DNA from: Octopus sinensis
Taxonomy: Eukaryota
NCBI RefSeq assembly: GCF_006345805.1
Contig: NC_043022.1
Location: 11,532,001 to 11,596,000, forward strand
Length of the DNA stretch: 64,000 bases
Direction of reading: 5' to 3'
Shown: piece after piece, positions 1 to 12,912 of the stretch
Layout: each line of letters starts with the position of its first letter
How positions within the stretch are numbered: position 1 is the first letter of the stretch
Notes under the pieces: model-generated
Told to the model about the DNA's origin: nothing
Seen by the model: only the letters and a program-made list of their open reading frames with translations
Databases searched by the model: none
Program-made: the position numbers and the translations under genes

Positions 1-298
1 CCATTCAAGCATGATTGTTGCCAGTGCTGCCTGACTAGCCCCCATACCAGTGGCACATAAAAAGCACCATTCGAGCATGGCCGATGCCAGTATAACCTGA
101 CTGGCCCTCATGCCAGTGGCACATAAAAAGCACCCACTACATTCTCAGAATGGTTGGCATTAGGAAGGGCATCCAACTGTAAAAATATTGCCAGATCAGA
201 TTGGTGCCTGGTATAGCCTTCTGGCTCGCCAACCTTCAGTCAAACCATCCAACCCATTCCATCATGGAAAGCAGACGTTAAATGATGATGATGATGAT
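1..298 (+). mobile_element. 3' tail of RTE-type LINE or related SINE, ending in (TGA)n; further copies at about 500-695, 22150-22450, 30910-31060, 48630-48760 (+) and 55265-55470 (-)
   Basis: Shared motif ggcattaggaagggcatcca...ccaacccatgccagcatggaaagcagacgttaaatgatgatg. The same tail is attached to RT-coding sequence at 62715-64000. Confidence 0.75.
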
Positions 299-994
299 AT
301 ATATATATAAAATAACATAACACTGGTTTTTATGTATATACCCATGTGTAAACACAGACATATAAACGTATATATGTATCTACATACATGTGCACATACA
401 TATTGAAGGATATAGTAGAAGACATTTGTCCAGTTTGCAATATAATGGGTTCAAACTTATGAAGCAAATTTTCTAATTACATATCAAGTGCCGCACCTTA
501 GTGTCATGTAAAATGTTCTTGTGCTGGTGCCATATAAAAGCACTTTGTACACTCAGTGAAGCGGTTGATTTTAGGAAGGGCTTCTGGTCATAGAAACCAT
601 GCCAAAATAGACAGGTGGAAGCTGGGTAGCTGACCAGCTCCTCTCAAATCGTCCAACCCATGCTAGCATGGCAAGCAGACGTTAAATAATGATGAAAACA
701 TCATGGCTGCACCTACATGTGTGTGTGCATGTACCTTGTGTGTACAATCAGATGTATGACTGCTACTGTTAACTTTAGAGCTCCATGTAAATCATCATCA
801 TCATCCAGTCTGTGTCCAGTTTAGTGGTATTGTTATTTCTGGATTTATTAGTATGGCTAGTAGTGATATACAGAGCAAATATAGGAGAAATTATGATAAA
901 TATTTGATCTGTGTAATATAATGTAATAGAGTGAATCCCCTGAAGGTTCATTGTGGTTAGCCATCCTACTGTACTTAGAACATTCAGTGCAGAG

Positions 995-1393
995 TTTCCA
1001 AACAGGGTTAGAGGTATGTGCCTCATTTGAGACGTTACAGTCTGCAACTCCTTTGCTCCCTCCCACTTCCTGGATGCTGCAGTTAATGGGAGGGTCACTG
1101 CTTCCATAGCCGAATGGATGAAAACCCTGAAGTATCGGAACCTGACAGTGAACTATCTCTTCCAACCTGTGGAGTTTGAGACGTTCAAAGGAACTGGGCC
1201 ACTAACTGGGAAGTTCTTGTCAATGTTGGCAGCTTGCCTCACCGAGTTGTCAGGTGATGCCTGTCGGGGTGCTTGGCTTTCCCAATACCTTAGCCTCACC
1301 ATTGCCCGTGGTAATACTGTGAGTTTGCCGGCTTGCTTCAGCAGGTTCTATTAAACCTTGAGGTGTGCAACTAGTTGCCCTCATAAAAAAAAT
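995..1393 (+). mobile_element. 5'-truncated CRE-like (restriction-like endonuclease) non-LTR retrotransposon 3' end with poly(A)
   Basis: Frame 995-1354 reads ...GMCLI*DVTVCNSFAPSH...AEWMKTLKYRNL..NYLFQPVEFET...GD...AWLSQYLSLTIARGN. This matches the recalled WDVT..DT.A.SH/AE..K..KY/F.PVA.ET/QR.S.A..RGNA C-terminus of CRE-clade elements. A short UTR and an A9 run (1385-1393) follow. Confidence 0.7.
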
Positions 1394-1561
1394 CCCCACA
1401 AATAGTTTCAATACAGTTTAAACAGAAAGACTTGGAAGAATTAGATGAAAGTTCTCCAGTAATTTTCTTTCGTGTAAATAAATGTTTATAAATCCTTAAA
1501 TCCTTAAAAATGTTTCAGCCTGAAGGCTGCGGCCATGCTGGGGCACCACCGCTGAATGGAA

Positions 1562-1681
1562 TGCTTACAGCACCTAGGTTTCCCAAGCAGTCACCCATCT
1601 AAGTACTAACTAGGCTCGATGTTGTTTAACTTCGGTGATCAGACAAGAACCGATGCTTTAAAATGTAATATGGCCGTTTAT
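1562..1681 (-). pseudogene. degenerate 5S rRNA copy (head of a chimeric SINE, see findings)
   Basis: Reverse complement reads ACGGCCATATTACATTTTAAAGCATCGGTTCTTGTCTGATCACCGAAGTTAAACAACATCGAGCCTAGTTAGTACTTAGATGGGTGACTGCTTGGGAAACCTAGGTGCTGTAAGCA. It is colinear with mollusc 5S over about 120 nt, with decayed A and C boxes and no oligo-T terminator. Confidence 0.9.
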
Positions 1682-4184
1682 GTTAATTTTAAAATTTGGC
1701 AGCAAAATCTTATAAAATGACGATGTTCTAAATGATACGACAACAGTGAAATATATGCAGGGAACAATGATATAGTCTTGTATTTAACAAAATCTTTCTT
1801 ATTTATGTCATGTGTTTTTGTAAATATCAAATCCTGCTGAGGTCAGTTTTGCATTTTACCTTTCTGCAATAATATATAAGTAGAGAGAGAGAAGTGTTGA
1901 CCATTAATTTTTGAGTGGAACTTGGTAGACAGAAACTCCATAGAAGCCAGTATCTGTTTGGATAAGTATGTACATCTTTCATTGATGTGTATTGATGAGA
2001 GATATAAGTACCAACAACAAAAACCAGTAAACTAAGTTACAGGCACTTATCACCCTTTCCATCAGAAATGCATCGATTGGTTAGTTGGAAACCTGTAACC
2101 AATGATGATGTTATTGTTTGTGAATTGCAATACGAAAGAAATAAATGCTTTGGGTGAAGTCAGTATAATAGACTGTACCTTCACAAAAATATTGTGATGT
2201 TGTGCTAAAGGGGGAAGTGCTCAATGTAATTAATGTCTTTGATGAAATAAGTGAAATAAACATCAGAGATGCTTTGCCCCATACAGAAATTACAGGAGCT
2301 ACTCAGAGGTTTTGCAACCTCTTTTAAATCCATTGCAATGCTGGAAACCTACCATATCACCAACAGGTATTTCAGGGTCACAAGCATTTTGCCCCTTAGT
2401 GTGATGGTTCACCTGAGTGAGGTAGCAATGACTGAGCTAGTTTTCACCTATGAAAGGGTTCTACATGCAGTCTTTTTATCAACCATAGCCATCTTGAGGT
2501 AGTTTCAGCTGCCATGCCTATTTACATATAGATCTTGATTTGAAGTCAGTACCAAACATTTTTTTTTTAAAATTGTCTGAGAAAAATAGAAGAAATTATA
2601 ATGTAACTATACAGGTGCATTATCAGTTAACCATTTTGTGTCCCTATTTCTTATGAAATATGGTGTTTACATGTTTCAAATAATTTTGAAAATAACTAAT
2701 GATTTGGAAAAGTTTTGAAAAATGTAGCTGACTTTTTAGTTACTAAAGCAGAGTTTGGAACATAAAGGTTCATTTGCAAATTTATGATAAAAGGTTTACA
2801 GGTATGTGTGAAAACTTTAAAATTACAATTTTTTTTTTTTGTTTTATAAAATATAAACCGGAATCAGACAGAAGGTTATGAAAATGTTTAAAGATACAAC
2901 TTCAAAAGCTCAGCCCATAAACTACACAGACGGACATTATCATTCACTTTATATAAACATATATATTCATAATGTATAACCGTTAGATAATCTTTCATTC
3001 ATTTCACCATCACCTCATTCATCATTACCATCATATACCATTGCCACTTCTTTAACCTTTATAACACAGCCTTCTATTACAGTGATATTTGAGCTATAAG
3101 CTGCATGAAGTTAGCTTCCACCAGCCTTTTCTGTCCTTTTTGGCTTTATTATAAAATATTTTTTTTTTTACTGATATGTATAGAAATATATATATTGGCC
3201 TGCTCGCTTAGCCAGCGGGGTGGCGTCACTTGAAGGCTAAAACAATGCGAACGCATTGTGACCAGCGATGTGTAACAACATCTGATGGTCTGGTTGGTCA
3301 CGTGATCACGTGATATATATATGTGTGTGTGTGTGTGTATGTATATGTGTGTGTATGTATGTGTGTGTGTATATGTGTGTATATGTATGTGTGTGTGTAT
3401 ATATGTATATATATATATATATATTTATGTATGTATTTCTATACATATATATCAAACACATTGTTTTAGAAAGCAACAGCAATGCAGTTGGGAAAGATTA
3501 ATTATAAATAACAATTACGATTAAACCTTAAAACATTTAATAATCCAGTATTTCAGGTGAAAATATTCTTTTTCATTGAGTGAGGAAAGCAGGAGAATGC
3601 AGCTGGGCTTCTTGCACTTTCAGGTTTGTATCAAATGTTAAGATCACATGTTGCCGAACTGTGAAGAAAGTGAGATGTTTGAGAGTTATTTTGAGACGTT
3701 ACATTGCAAATCCATGGAGAATGTTTGAATGAGCCAAATAAGCTTTATTCAATATTAGACCATCTCATATAGACTTGAAAGTGCAAATGAAACCAAATGT
3801 ATTCTCCTGCTCTTCTTTAATGAAACGAGGTATTCTCACCCCAAAATAACAGATTATTGAAATTTTTCAGGTAAAAATTTAATCTTTGTTCTAATTTATG
3901 TTTAATCATTCTCCTACTACATTTATGTCTTTCTTTCTTTTTTTTATTTTGTCATATTTCAAGCAAACTACAACACACACACACATTTACATATGTAAGT
4001 GTGTGTGTGTATTTTTATTTATTTATATATATATATATATACCTACATACAGATATATATGCACAAAACACTTTCAAATAAAGCTTAGATGTATAATTCT
4101 ATATATGTTTTGACATGAGTTTAGTGTTTTGTAATTGTGTGAAGGGAAAAACTATACACAGCCATGCAGAGTAGTGAATGCATT

Positions 4185-4216
<32 letters not shown>

Positions 4217-4662
4217 ACAGAAAGAGAGAGACAGAGAGAGATTGAAATGCACCTACACACCTAGGTATATTCATTAAAAAACAATATGCAACTTGTTCTG
4301 CTGTCAGTCTCTTATCTTGCTTCATCCAAAACTGCGTGAGATGATATAACCTCCACTTGCAGCCACTAACACTTGCACTGAGTAACTCTATACAACACCT
4401 TTTATTACAGCTCTCTCTCTCTCTCTCTCTCTTTTCCTCTCTCTCTCCCTCTTCTCTCTCTAATTTCAGACTTTCCTGTTGCATTTTACCTCCAATGGTT
4501 GTTTGCCAGTTTTGCTAAATTTTTTTTTTCCTTTTTCATGTTTGATTTGTTCCTTACCTTCCATCATTTCTTGAAGGAAGGATATATGTACTTTTTTAAG
4601 AAGAAAGCAGAAAAAAAAGATGCCATGTAAAACATAATGCATCCATGTTTCTGTGTATGTGT

Positions 4663-4700
<38 letters not shown>

Positions 4701-4914
4701 ACACACACCTATATCTGATGAGTACCACCAAAAATTTAAACATTGAAAGAAAACTGTAAAATGGTGTTTTTGGTCAAAAAATATTTTGTGTGGTAATTGT
4801 ACAGACAATCCTTGTCATTCTAGCCATCCTAAATACTGTAGACCCAGTGAATGACCCATTGAAAAACTTGTAACCAATAACAGTATTAATCACCAATATA
4901 AAATTTGTGAATTT

Positions 4915-5137
4915 CAGTGGTTGTCAGCTACTTTTTGCCTTCTTTACTCTACTGTACCCTAATAAACATTCAATGTTAAAAAAAACCCCTCATATTTTTA
5001 TAATTAAATATTGTATTAAAAAGGTGTTAAAATATTTTGTACATTGTAAAAGTATAACCAGTTTATTGCACAAATTTTAACAACAGAACCTTCTATGGAC
5101 ACCAAAGGGTGATGTGGACCCTGGCTGAGCCCCACTG
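4915..5137. mobile_element. degraded hAT-like MITE
   Basis: Termini cagtggttgtcagc ... ggctgagccccactg resemble CAGTGGTTCTCAACC-type TIRs. No intact 8-bp TSD. Confidence 0.35.
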
Positions 5138-5615
5138 ATTTACCTAATGCAAGCAACACTTTCAAAAAAGACTAATTTGGATGGTCACAGTTGGAATGTC
5201 TTTGATCTACTGGTCATATCAATTGACCTGAAACTAAACAGCAATGGCTTGACTTAGATATATTTATACTACATGAAAGTAGATTCTTTGATAGTGCTCC
5301 TACAAAACCATTAACATTCATTCAGCTAATTATATTTCTTCCTACACAGAAATTAACTTTATTCATAATCAAAGGATATTAATTACTAACATACTCAATT
5401 CACAGATGTATATGGTAAGTGTACATACTTCAACCCCTCAAGGAAATTAATGCCTTCAGTACTTTTATTTTCTTTATACAAATACAAACTATCAATTCTC
5501 AATAAAATTACTAAATACATTTTCTGTTCTTCATTTCACCTTCACCCTTTCAACATTTTTCATTTGTTTTTTTCTTGACCCCTGTTTCTGTCACCTGAAT
5601 ATACATCAACCTCAG

Positions 5616-5840
5616 GAGTAACAGTGAAAGACCCATTCTTCAACAAGACCTCCTACATTTCCTACCCACCTATCAATGATGGCCACAAGGTTTTAAATAT
5701 CGACATCCTAATTAAACCCCATACTCTGGATGATGGTATCATTCTCTATGAAGGTCAGCAACAGAATGGAAATGGAGATTTTGTTGCCTTGCTTCTTAAA
5801 GATCATGGCTATCTGGAATTCCGATTTGATGTTGGATCAG
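5616..5840 (+). CDS. HSPG2: perlecan exon, LG2 N-terminal part (GVTVKDPFFNKTSYISYP...DFVALLLKDHGYLEFRFDVGS)
   Basis: Acceptor ctcag|GA, donor TCAG|gtcagt; 225 nt, phase 1-1; laminin G motifs. Confidence 0.95.
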
Positions 5841-7011
5841 GTCAGTATCTGTTCCATTAAATTCCTTTGTTTGACTTCAGTGTTTTTTTTTTTGTTTTTT
5901 GTCTGTTTAAATTTGTGGTAAAAACAAAATTTGTTTCTTACAAAATTTTAAAGAACTTTTTGTAAATCTTTCATTGATATGAAAATATAATAAAATAAAA
6001 TAAGAGGAATTTTAAAGAAGCTTGAGGCACAATTTATTCTGTTGGCAACAAATGGCTTCTTTGTTCCTGAAAAAAAAAACAGACAAAGATATATGTGTAT
6101 GATACTTATGAAAGTCAGGAGTATTGAATGTGCAAAATCTGTACAAACTGGAAAAGGGTATAAACAATCACTTTTTCCATTTAATGTTGTTATAGCCATT
6201 TTCCAGGCTTACATGGGTAATTAGTACAGTGTTTTGTTGGAGGAAATGCTTGTACAGAATGGAGTAAAATTATCAATGATCTTTACTCATCAGATTCAAG
6301 GCACAATGTCTAAAGTAAGATTTGAACTTGTGACCATTTTATCAGTAGCATAGTCTGTAGAAGAATTTGATGAGTTCAGTTGTTGTGTGGAAAGAATTTA
6401 CCTTTGTAAAGAAGTGAGAAAAAGAAAAGGGAAATTGCTTTAGTCTATTTATTCACATCTTAAGCCACAATCACCATTTCACTTCAGATGAAGAGCAAGG
6501 CTCCAAAATGTTACTTTCTTTGTTTCTCATGACAACCGAACATACTAAACTCTCTTGTGGATGAATTACTGCCAATGTCAATCCCCACTGATTTTCATGA
6601 ATTCTGAATTTTACTTCACACAGTTAATAATCCAGAATCCTTAACTTCACAACCATTGTACTTCATCTATGTATTTTTAAATTTATCATCATCATCATAT
6701 GCCCAGAATCCCTCATTCTGGCATGAGTTGAATAGGCTTGCTGTATAGCAAATAAATATGCATTCTGATTTCAGAACCTGTCCAATTTCACTTTGCCTTT
6801 CATCCAACTGATGTCAGTTATATTTGTGTCAGTAAAAAAGTAAGGTCAATAGTGAAACATTGTACTCATGTTAGAAAACAACATTATTTCCATTAAAATA
6901 AACACTGAGTTCCAGATATCTCTTCATTTTGCCATCTACTGGGTCCGTCCTATTTTGATCATCTCCAACTTCTGTGACACACTGACAGGCTACATCATTT
7001 TGCTACTGATA

Positions 7012-7409
7012 GATGTGGCCCCGTGGTAAGAAGCTAGCTTCCTGGCCACATGGTTCCAGTTTCAGTCCCACTGCATGACATCTTGGACAAGTATCTTCTA
7101 TAATCACAGGCTAACTGAAGCCTTGTGAGTGGATTTGGTAGATGGAGACTGAAAGAAGCCTGTCATATATAGATATATATGTGTATGTGTGTCTTTGTGC
7201 CTGTGGTTGTCACCCACCACCATGTGACAACCAGTGTTGGTGTGTTTGTGTCCCCATAACTTAGCAGTTCAGTAAAAGACACTGACAGAATAAGTACCAG
7301 GCTTAAGAAGAAAGTAAGTACTAGGATCAATTCATTTGAGTAAGAATTCTTCAAAGCAGTGCTCCAGCATGGCTGCAGATAAATGAGTGAACCATGTAAA
7401 ATATAAAAG
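7012..7409 (+). mobile_element. tRNA-derived SINE with internal microsatellite (family A)
   Basis: A/B-box-like head (tggccccgtggtaag, gtttcagtccc), then core ttggacaagtatcttcta...gaaagaagcctgtc, (TA/TG)n, and 3' tail gtgctccagcatggctgcag. Confidence 0.85.
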
Positions 7410-7475
7410 GCAACTGTTTAGTTGTCCTCCTGTGACACATCAATAAGTTTCTATTTTCTTTTCATCTCTCCCTAG

Positions 7476-7592
7476 GCCCTGCTATCATCAGAAGTGCTGA
7501 GCCTATCAAGGCCAAGGAATGGGTTAATGTTAAACTTCATCGTGAGGACAATGTTGGTATGTTGCAAGTAGGTGATAGCGCACCAGTGAAAG
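7476..7592 (+). CDS. HSPG2: perlecan exon, LG2 (GPAIIRSAEPIKAKEWVNVKLHREDNVGMLQVGDSAPVK)
   Basis: Acceptor ctctccctag|GC, donor AAAG|gtaagt; 117 nt, phase 1-1. Confidence 0.95.
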
Positions 7593-8170
7593 GTAAGTGC
7601 TGTTTTTTATACTTTGTACACAACATGCATTAATACAGTTCTCTCTCTCTCTCTCTCTCATTTATTTCATCCTCCCTTTCTCTCTCTTATCTACTTTTTC
7701 TCTATGTGTGTGTGCACGCGTGCTTGCACACTCACACACGCACAAAACAATGAACTTTGAGTGACAATAAAGTGAATTATCAGTTACAAATGAATAAACA
7801 TGCATTCATCTCACGTTTGTTTGTCCAAACATGTGTGTCTGTGTGTGTGTGTGTGTGTTCAGAATCATGAATGTGTCCTAATTCGATCTTTTTTTATCAA
7901 GTTTTTTTTTTATATATTTTTATGTGATTTCCTCATGGAACAGTACAGTTTCTAAATCCAGCATCAATAGTTTTACTCTTTTATGATCTCATCTTCATGA
8001 TGAAGTGATGTTATAGTCTGCTGTTGCCTTTTTATAGGAAGCCAGACCAATGTAACTGATGTAGACATTACAACTGGAATGTACAGCTGTTGGATTTATA
8101 TGTTATCAATTACCAAAAGAAAATTTTGTCAGATTCTTTCTATGGGACAATAAAAATACACAAACAGAAC

Positions 8171-8333
8171 AGGCGCAAGAGCTACTGTGTAGTAAAAAGC
8201 TTGCTTCCCAACCACATGGTTCTGAGTTCAGTCCTACTGTGTAGCACCTTGGGCAAGTGTCTTCTACTATATCCTTGAGCCAACTAAAGCCTTGTGAGTG
8301 GATTTGGTTGATGGAAACTGAAAGAAGCCTGTC
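8171..8333 (+). mobile_element. family A SINE, 5' half
   Basis: tRNA-like head plus core ending at gaagcctgtc and (TA)n. Confidence 0.8.
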
Positions 8334-8502
8334 ATATATATATATATATATATATGTCTACAACAAAAGCAGTCATACGAATACTTAAACATTTGATTAT
8401 ACACCAGAATGTTGGAACTTTACTTTTTGAAACTGCAAGTAATTCATATGAAAATATGATAAAACTTGATAGAAAAGAAATACATAAATATATATATTTT
8501 TT

Positions 8503-8705
8503 TTTTTACTTGTTTCAGTCATTTGACTGCGGCCATGCTGGAGCACCGCCTTTAGTCGAGCAAATCAACCCCGGGACTTATTCTTTGTAAGCCCAGTACT
8601 TATTCTATCGATCTCTTTTGCCGAACCACTAGGTGACGGAGACGTAAACACACCAGCATCGGTTGTCAAGCAATGCTAGGGGGACAAACACACACACACA
8701 CACAT

Positions 8706-8747
<42 letters not shown>

Positions 8748-8907
8748 TACGACAGGCTTCTTTCAGTTTCCGTCTACCAAATCCACACACAAGGCATTGG
8801 TCGGCCCGGGGCTATAGCAGAAGACACTTGCCCAAGATGCCACGCAGTGGGACTGAACCCAGAACCATGTGGCTGGTTAGCAAGCTACTTACTACACAGC
8901 CACTCCT
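8503..8907 (-). mobile_element. family A SINE, full length, young-looking
   Basis: Reverse complement of the same head/core/microsatellite/tail layout; many CpGs retained. Confidence 0.9.
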
Positions 8908-8986
8908 ATATATATATATATATAGTAATGACTTTGAAAGTCCCTCCTAGCGTGTGGCATTTATGTGTAATAATACCCTCTATATA

Positions 8987-9053
<67 letters not shown>

Positions 9054-10062
9054 CATATATCATTCTTAAACAAGAATCTTGTTGAGAGTCGCTTCAAAGT
9101 TTTGGCCAGCCAAGCCATCATTAGACTGCTATATGAACTATACCAGTCACAGAGTTATAGTGTTATAATGGAAAAAAGGAAACAAAAAAATTGTAATGTA
9201 GCTTAGAGATTTATGCCTTATTAGATGCTTTGGGATATATTTTACCATTATCCTTAATTCTTAAAACTGTATTAGGAGTAGTACTATTGTGTGTGTATTG
9301 TTCAAGTTGATTCTGATTGTGCAAACTTATGATCAGAGGTTTTGTTTATTTTTTTCCCCTTGGCTATGACCCTTTAGACTTTTTTTCAGCTACAGTGTTC
9401 CTTGGACAATATTATCTGGAATGTCCTTTTTTAAGACAGTAGAGCAAAATTTGAGGGAAACTGGACTGCTATTCCTTGCAGATCAAAGGTCCCCTGTTAG
9501 TGTGCATATGTGTTTGGAATATAGAGATGGTAAGATCTGAACAAGAAGTCCTTCAATGCAGATCAACTTTACTGCCTATAATGAGCCATTCCAGTGTACT
9601 CACTGCTTGTCATCTGCGATGCCAAGCCAAAGTCAATAAACTATAACTGAATACCTCCACTAAACTGGTATGTTATCTGAGTACACTATAACTTACAAAG
9701 AGGGGACCTTGAATTAAATTCGGCTAAAAGCCAAGTCAGTCAGCCTTGGTACCAGACAAGTTACTTATTTTCCCACAGTTTGCCTAATTTAATAGCAATA
9801 TTCTTAAATACAGTTTTGAGTGGTTACCGTTTGAAAGAGAACTCCCAAGTGATTAAATTTTCTTTATGCAAATTTAATGAAGATTCTAAATTTGCAGATC
9901 TGTCTAACAATTGGTATAAAATTAATAGTATCATTTCCACAAACTTTTTCTCATTTTTTTCCTTTTGTCTCTCTTCTTTCTTTCTCTCTACACACACTTT
10001 CACATGCTTTGTACATACACTCATATACTGTAAGTATTAATCATCACTCTAATAACACTCCA

Positions 10063-10121
<59 letters not shown>

Positions 10122-11181
10122 TTGGTGTATATGTGTGTATGTGTATATATACGTGGGTGAGTGTGTGTGTCTGTTTGTGTAATTCAGTCTAAATGCATAA
10201 AATATTTCAAACATTTTTGCCACCTGTTTTGAATATGAACTTTAAAACATCCGTCCTTCATAATCCTGCACACGTGCATATCTCTCAGTTCTGTTATGAC
10301 TAGCTTTCACTACTGCCGTCACCTTCTTCCCCAATCCACCCCACACTCTAAACCGAATCAAGGAACTCTAGTGACAGGAAAACTAAAATTGCTGTGGGTT
10401 CTCATACCTTTCCAACTCTGACAGCATACAATGATTTTGGAATTGTCACATGTGCATGCATGCATACATACTTGTGTATGTATGTAAATACATATATATA
10501 TCCCTCAAAACAATCTTTACATAAAGACTTAGCTCACTGAATATAACAGCTAAGTATCCTGTAATACAACCTCTACAGAGATATTTGAATGGCTGGGTAC
10601 AACAGCTGCATGATCTTCAGTACATCCTCCACATAGATACTTGATTAGCTATCTATAACAGTTGATTCGTTGACTGGTTGAATTTAAGCTCCACGCTTTT
10701 ATTCTACAACCTGAGTCAACATCCTCTCCTTGAGGTTTTTTAATGGTTTTATCAGAAATCGAATTGGCTGCACCTAGTCTCAAAACTCTGAGACTAGTTT
10801 GTAAAAGATTAAAAAGTTATTCTTATACCTGACACCTACCCCAAACACTTAGCTAGTTGGTGATTGTGATGGTGGTAGTGTATACTGGTGTATTAAATGC
10901 ACCATCCAAGAACAAGAATGGTCCATCTACACACATTCCTTCCTTCTACACACAGTTTTTCTGTCTATCAAATTTCACCCACTTAATCTACAATTAACCC
11001 TACCTTCTATGTTGGTACTATATTTTATGCAACAATGTCTCCAGTGCAAGACATGGATGTGTTAAATATTTTAATAATGGAAAAAACAGATCCCTGTGGA
11101 ATTTTCAAACTTCCAAGAATGACTTCCATCTAGCTAGTCAACTTATTTTTCTTGTTTTATTCTATAAACTTACATAAATAC

Positions 11182-11240
<59 letters not shown>

Positions 11241-11659
11241 TACATATTTATATCTATATATATTAACCTGACCATCTGTTTGCATTAGAATAATATTGGA
11301 TTTCCTGTCAGGGTAACTGAATTGTTAGTCTTTTGTGTTTCACTAATGACTAATCTGTAGAGTTGTTAGAAAACTAAAGAAATTCGAATGAAGAATGATA
11401 TCAAAACTATAAATTTTGTATGTTTAAATAATTTTCTTTTTTTTTATGTAACCTATAATTTCTTTGATAATCAATGAAATATAAATTGCTGGAAATGAGA
11501 AAAGAGAAGAAAAATACCATTTTTCTCTTTAATAAAAAAAAAAAGTTGTTTTATACACTCTATTAATCAATTTTCTATTTTTCTACTCATGATCAATTTA
11601 TAGCTGAAATAGCTGTGAAAAATTATCAAAGTGGACCTTAAATGTGAAGCTGTACACAT

Positions 11660-11755
11660 GATATTCTCTCATTCCATTAACTTGATATTCTTTCATTCCA
11701 TTAATATTATATTCTCTCACTCCATTAACTTGATATTCTCTCATACCATTAACTT
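11660..11755. repeat. minisatellite, about 24-bp unit x4 (gatattctctcattccattaactt)
   Basis: Four tandem near-identical units visible. Confidence 0.85.
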
Positions 11756-12395
11756 ACTGTTCTATTGTATTCATTTCTTGCTCTCTCCTGTCTCTTAAAA
11801 ACTTCTTTACACTTTAGTAATTTGTAATTCTTACTTGGCATAAATATAACAAATTCTTTAACTTATTATTGCTACCTTTGTCAAGAATCATGGATTGGCA
11901 GAATCAACAGAGCATTAGAGAGAATGCCTGGTGGCATTGCATTGTTTCGCTACACTTGTGTTCTGAGCTAAAATCCCATGGAGCAATGGAGGGTGATGGA
12001 GACAGTTTTATCTTTCTTCCTGTTCTCTGGGGTCAGTTTTTACCCTTCATTCTTCCAGTGTCAGGAGGATGAAAGTAGCAGTCAAGTGCCCAAAGTTAAT
12101 TTAATCAACTTTACACTTTGTACCTACCCAAGAAATCATTATTAGCACTGTCTCTGAGGTTTTGCATTTGAGCCATGTTCTTGGCACTAATCTCTGCCTA
12201 TTCCCTTTAGATTCCTTTTCATCACTCTCAGTGCACACTTAAAGTCTCTTTACTGCTCTACCAGGTCAAATCAAAGAGCTTAGTTCTTTTATAACTGCAA
12301 TGATGAAGACCAATATATTCATTCCTCTATAAAAAAAAAATTTGCTTTGTTCTGCTTAGTCAAAAAACGAAAAGAATTAAAATTAATATTTTCAA

Positions 12396-12912
12396 CTAGC
12401 AGTATCGCCCGGCGTTGCTCGGGTTTGTAAGGGAAATAACTATATAAGCATTTTTAGAGAGTTACTTCCTTTATAGATGCCAATTCGGGCTTTCTTAGCT
12501 ATTTCTGTTTTGGTGTCTTCAAGCCATGAAGTCGTTGTTCTAAAAGAACGCTGGTCTCCTTGACAACGCATTACGACGTTGATTTCCTTAAACTCCCTTC
12601 CCCACAGCTTCACGAGGGAGGGAAGAAGGGGGAAAAGCAAACACAGGTGCAGGTGTTTGAGCGTGGACGCCAACTCCGCCGCCATCGACACACGAAAAAT
12701 TATGCATTAAAATGGAATAAAAAATGACGTTAAATTATTTTTAAAATCGTAGACTCATCGTAGACGCGCGCTAATAGCCAGATGGGCTCGATATTAATCA
12801 CGATTATAAGATACCCGAATTTGGTTAAACTGCACCGCAAAATGTGGGAGGAGTTAGGAATCTAAATCATAGGAGACAGACACTCACACAACTACAGTTT
12901 TATATATATAGA
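12396..12912 (-). mobile_element. non-autonomous Helitron (about 517 bp)
   Basis: On the minus strand it begins with TC after a host A and ends with CTAG before a host T. A GC-rich hairpin CCCGAGCAACGCCGGG (12408-12423) lies 8 nt before the terminal CTAG. No TSD. Confidence 0.8.

Noticed and set aside
1562-1681. Functional 5S rRNA gene
   Set aside because: It is a solitary copy with substitutions in the internal promoter boxes, no T-run terminator, and a fused SINE tail.
1-5615. Upstream perlecan EGF exon
   Set aside because: I found no cysteine-patterned, splice-bounded phase-1 exon. The acceptor at about 3622 leads to stops or unrelated sequence.
6484-6520. Hammerhead-like cagatga-agagcaaggctc-caaaa
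   Set aside because: Both core boxes are mutated (CAGATGA, CAAA), so it is at most a dead relic.
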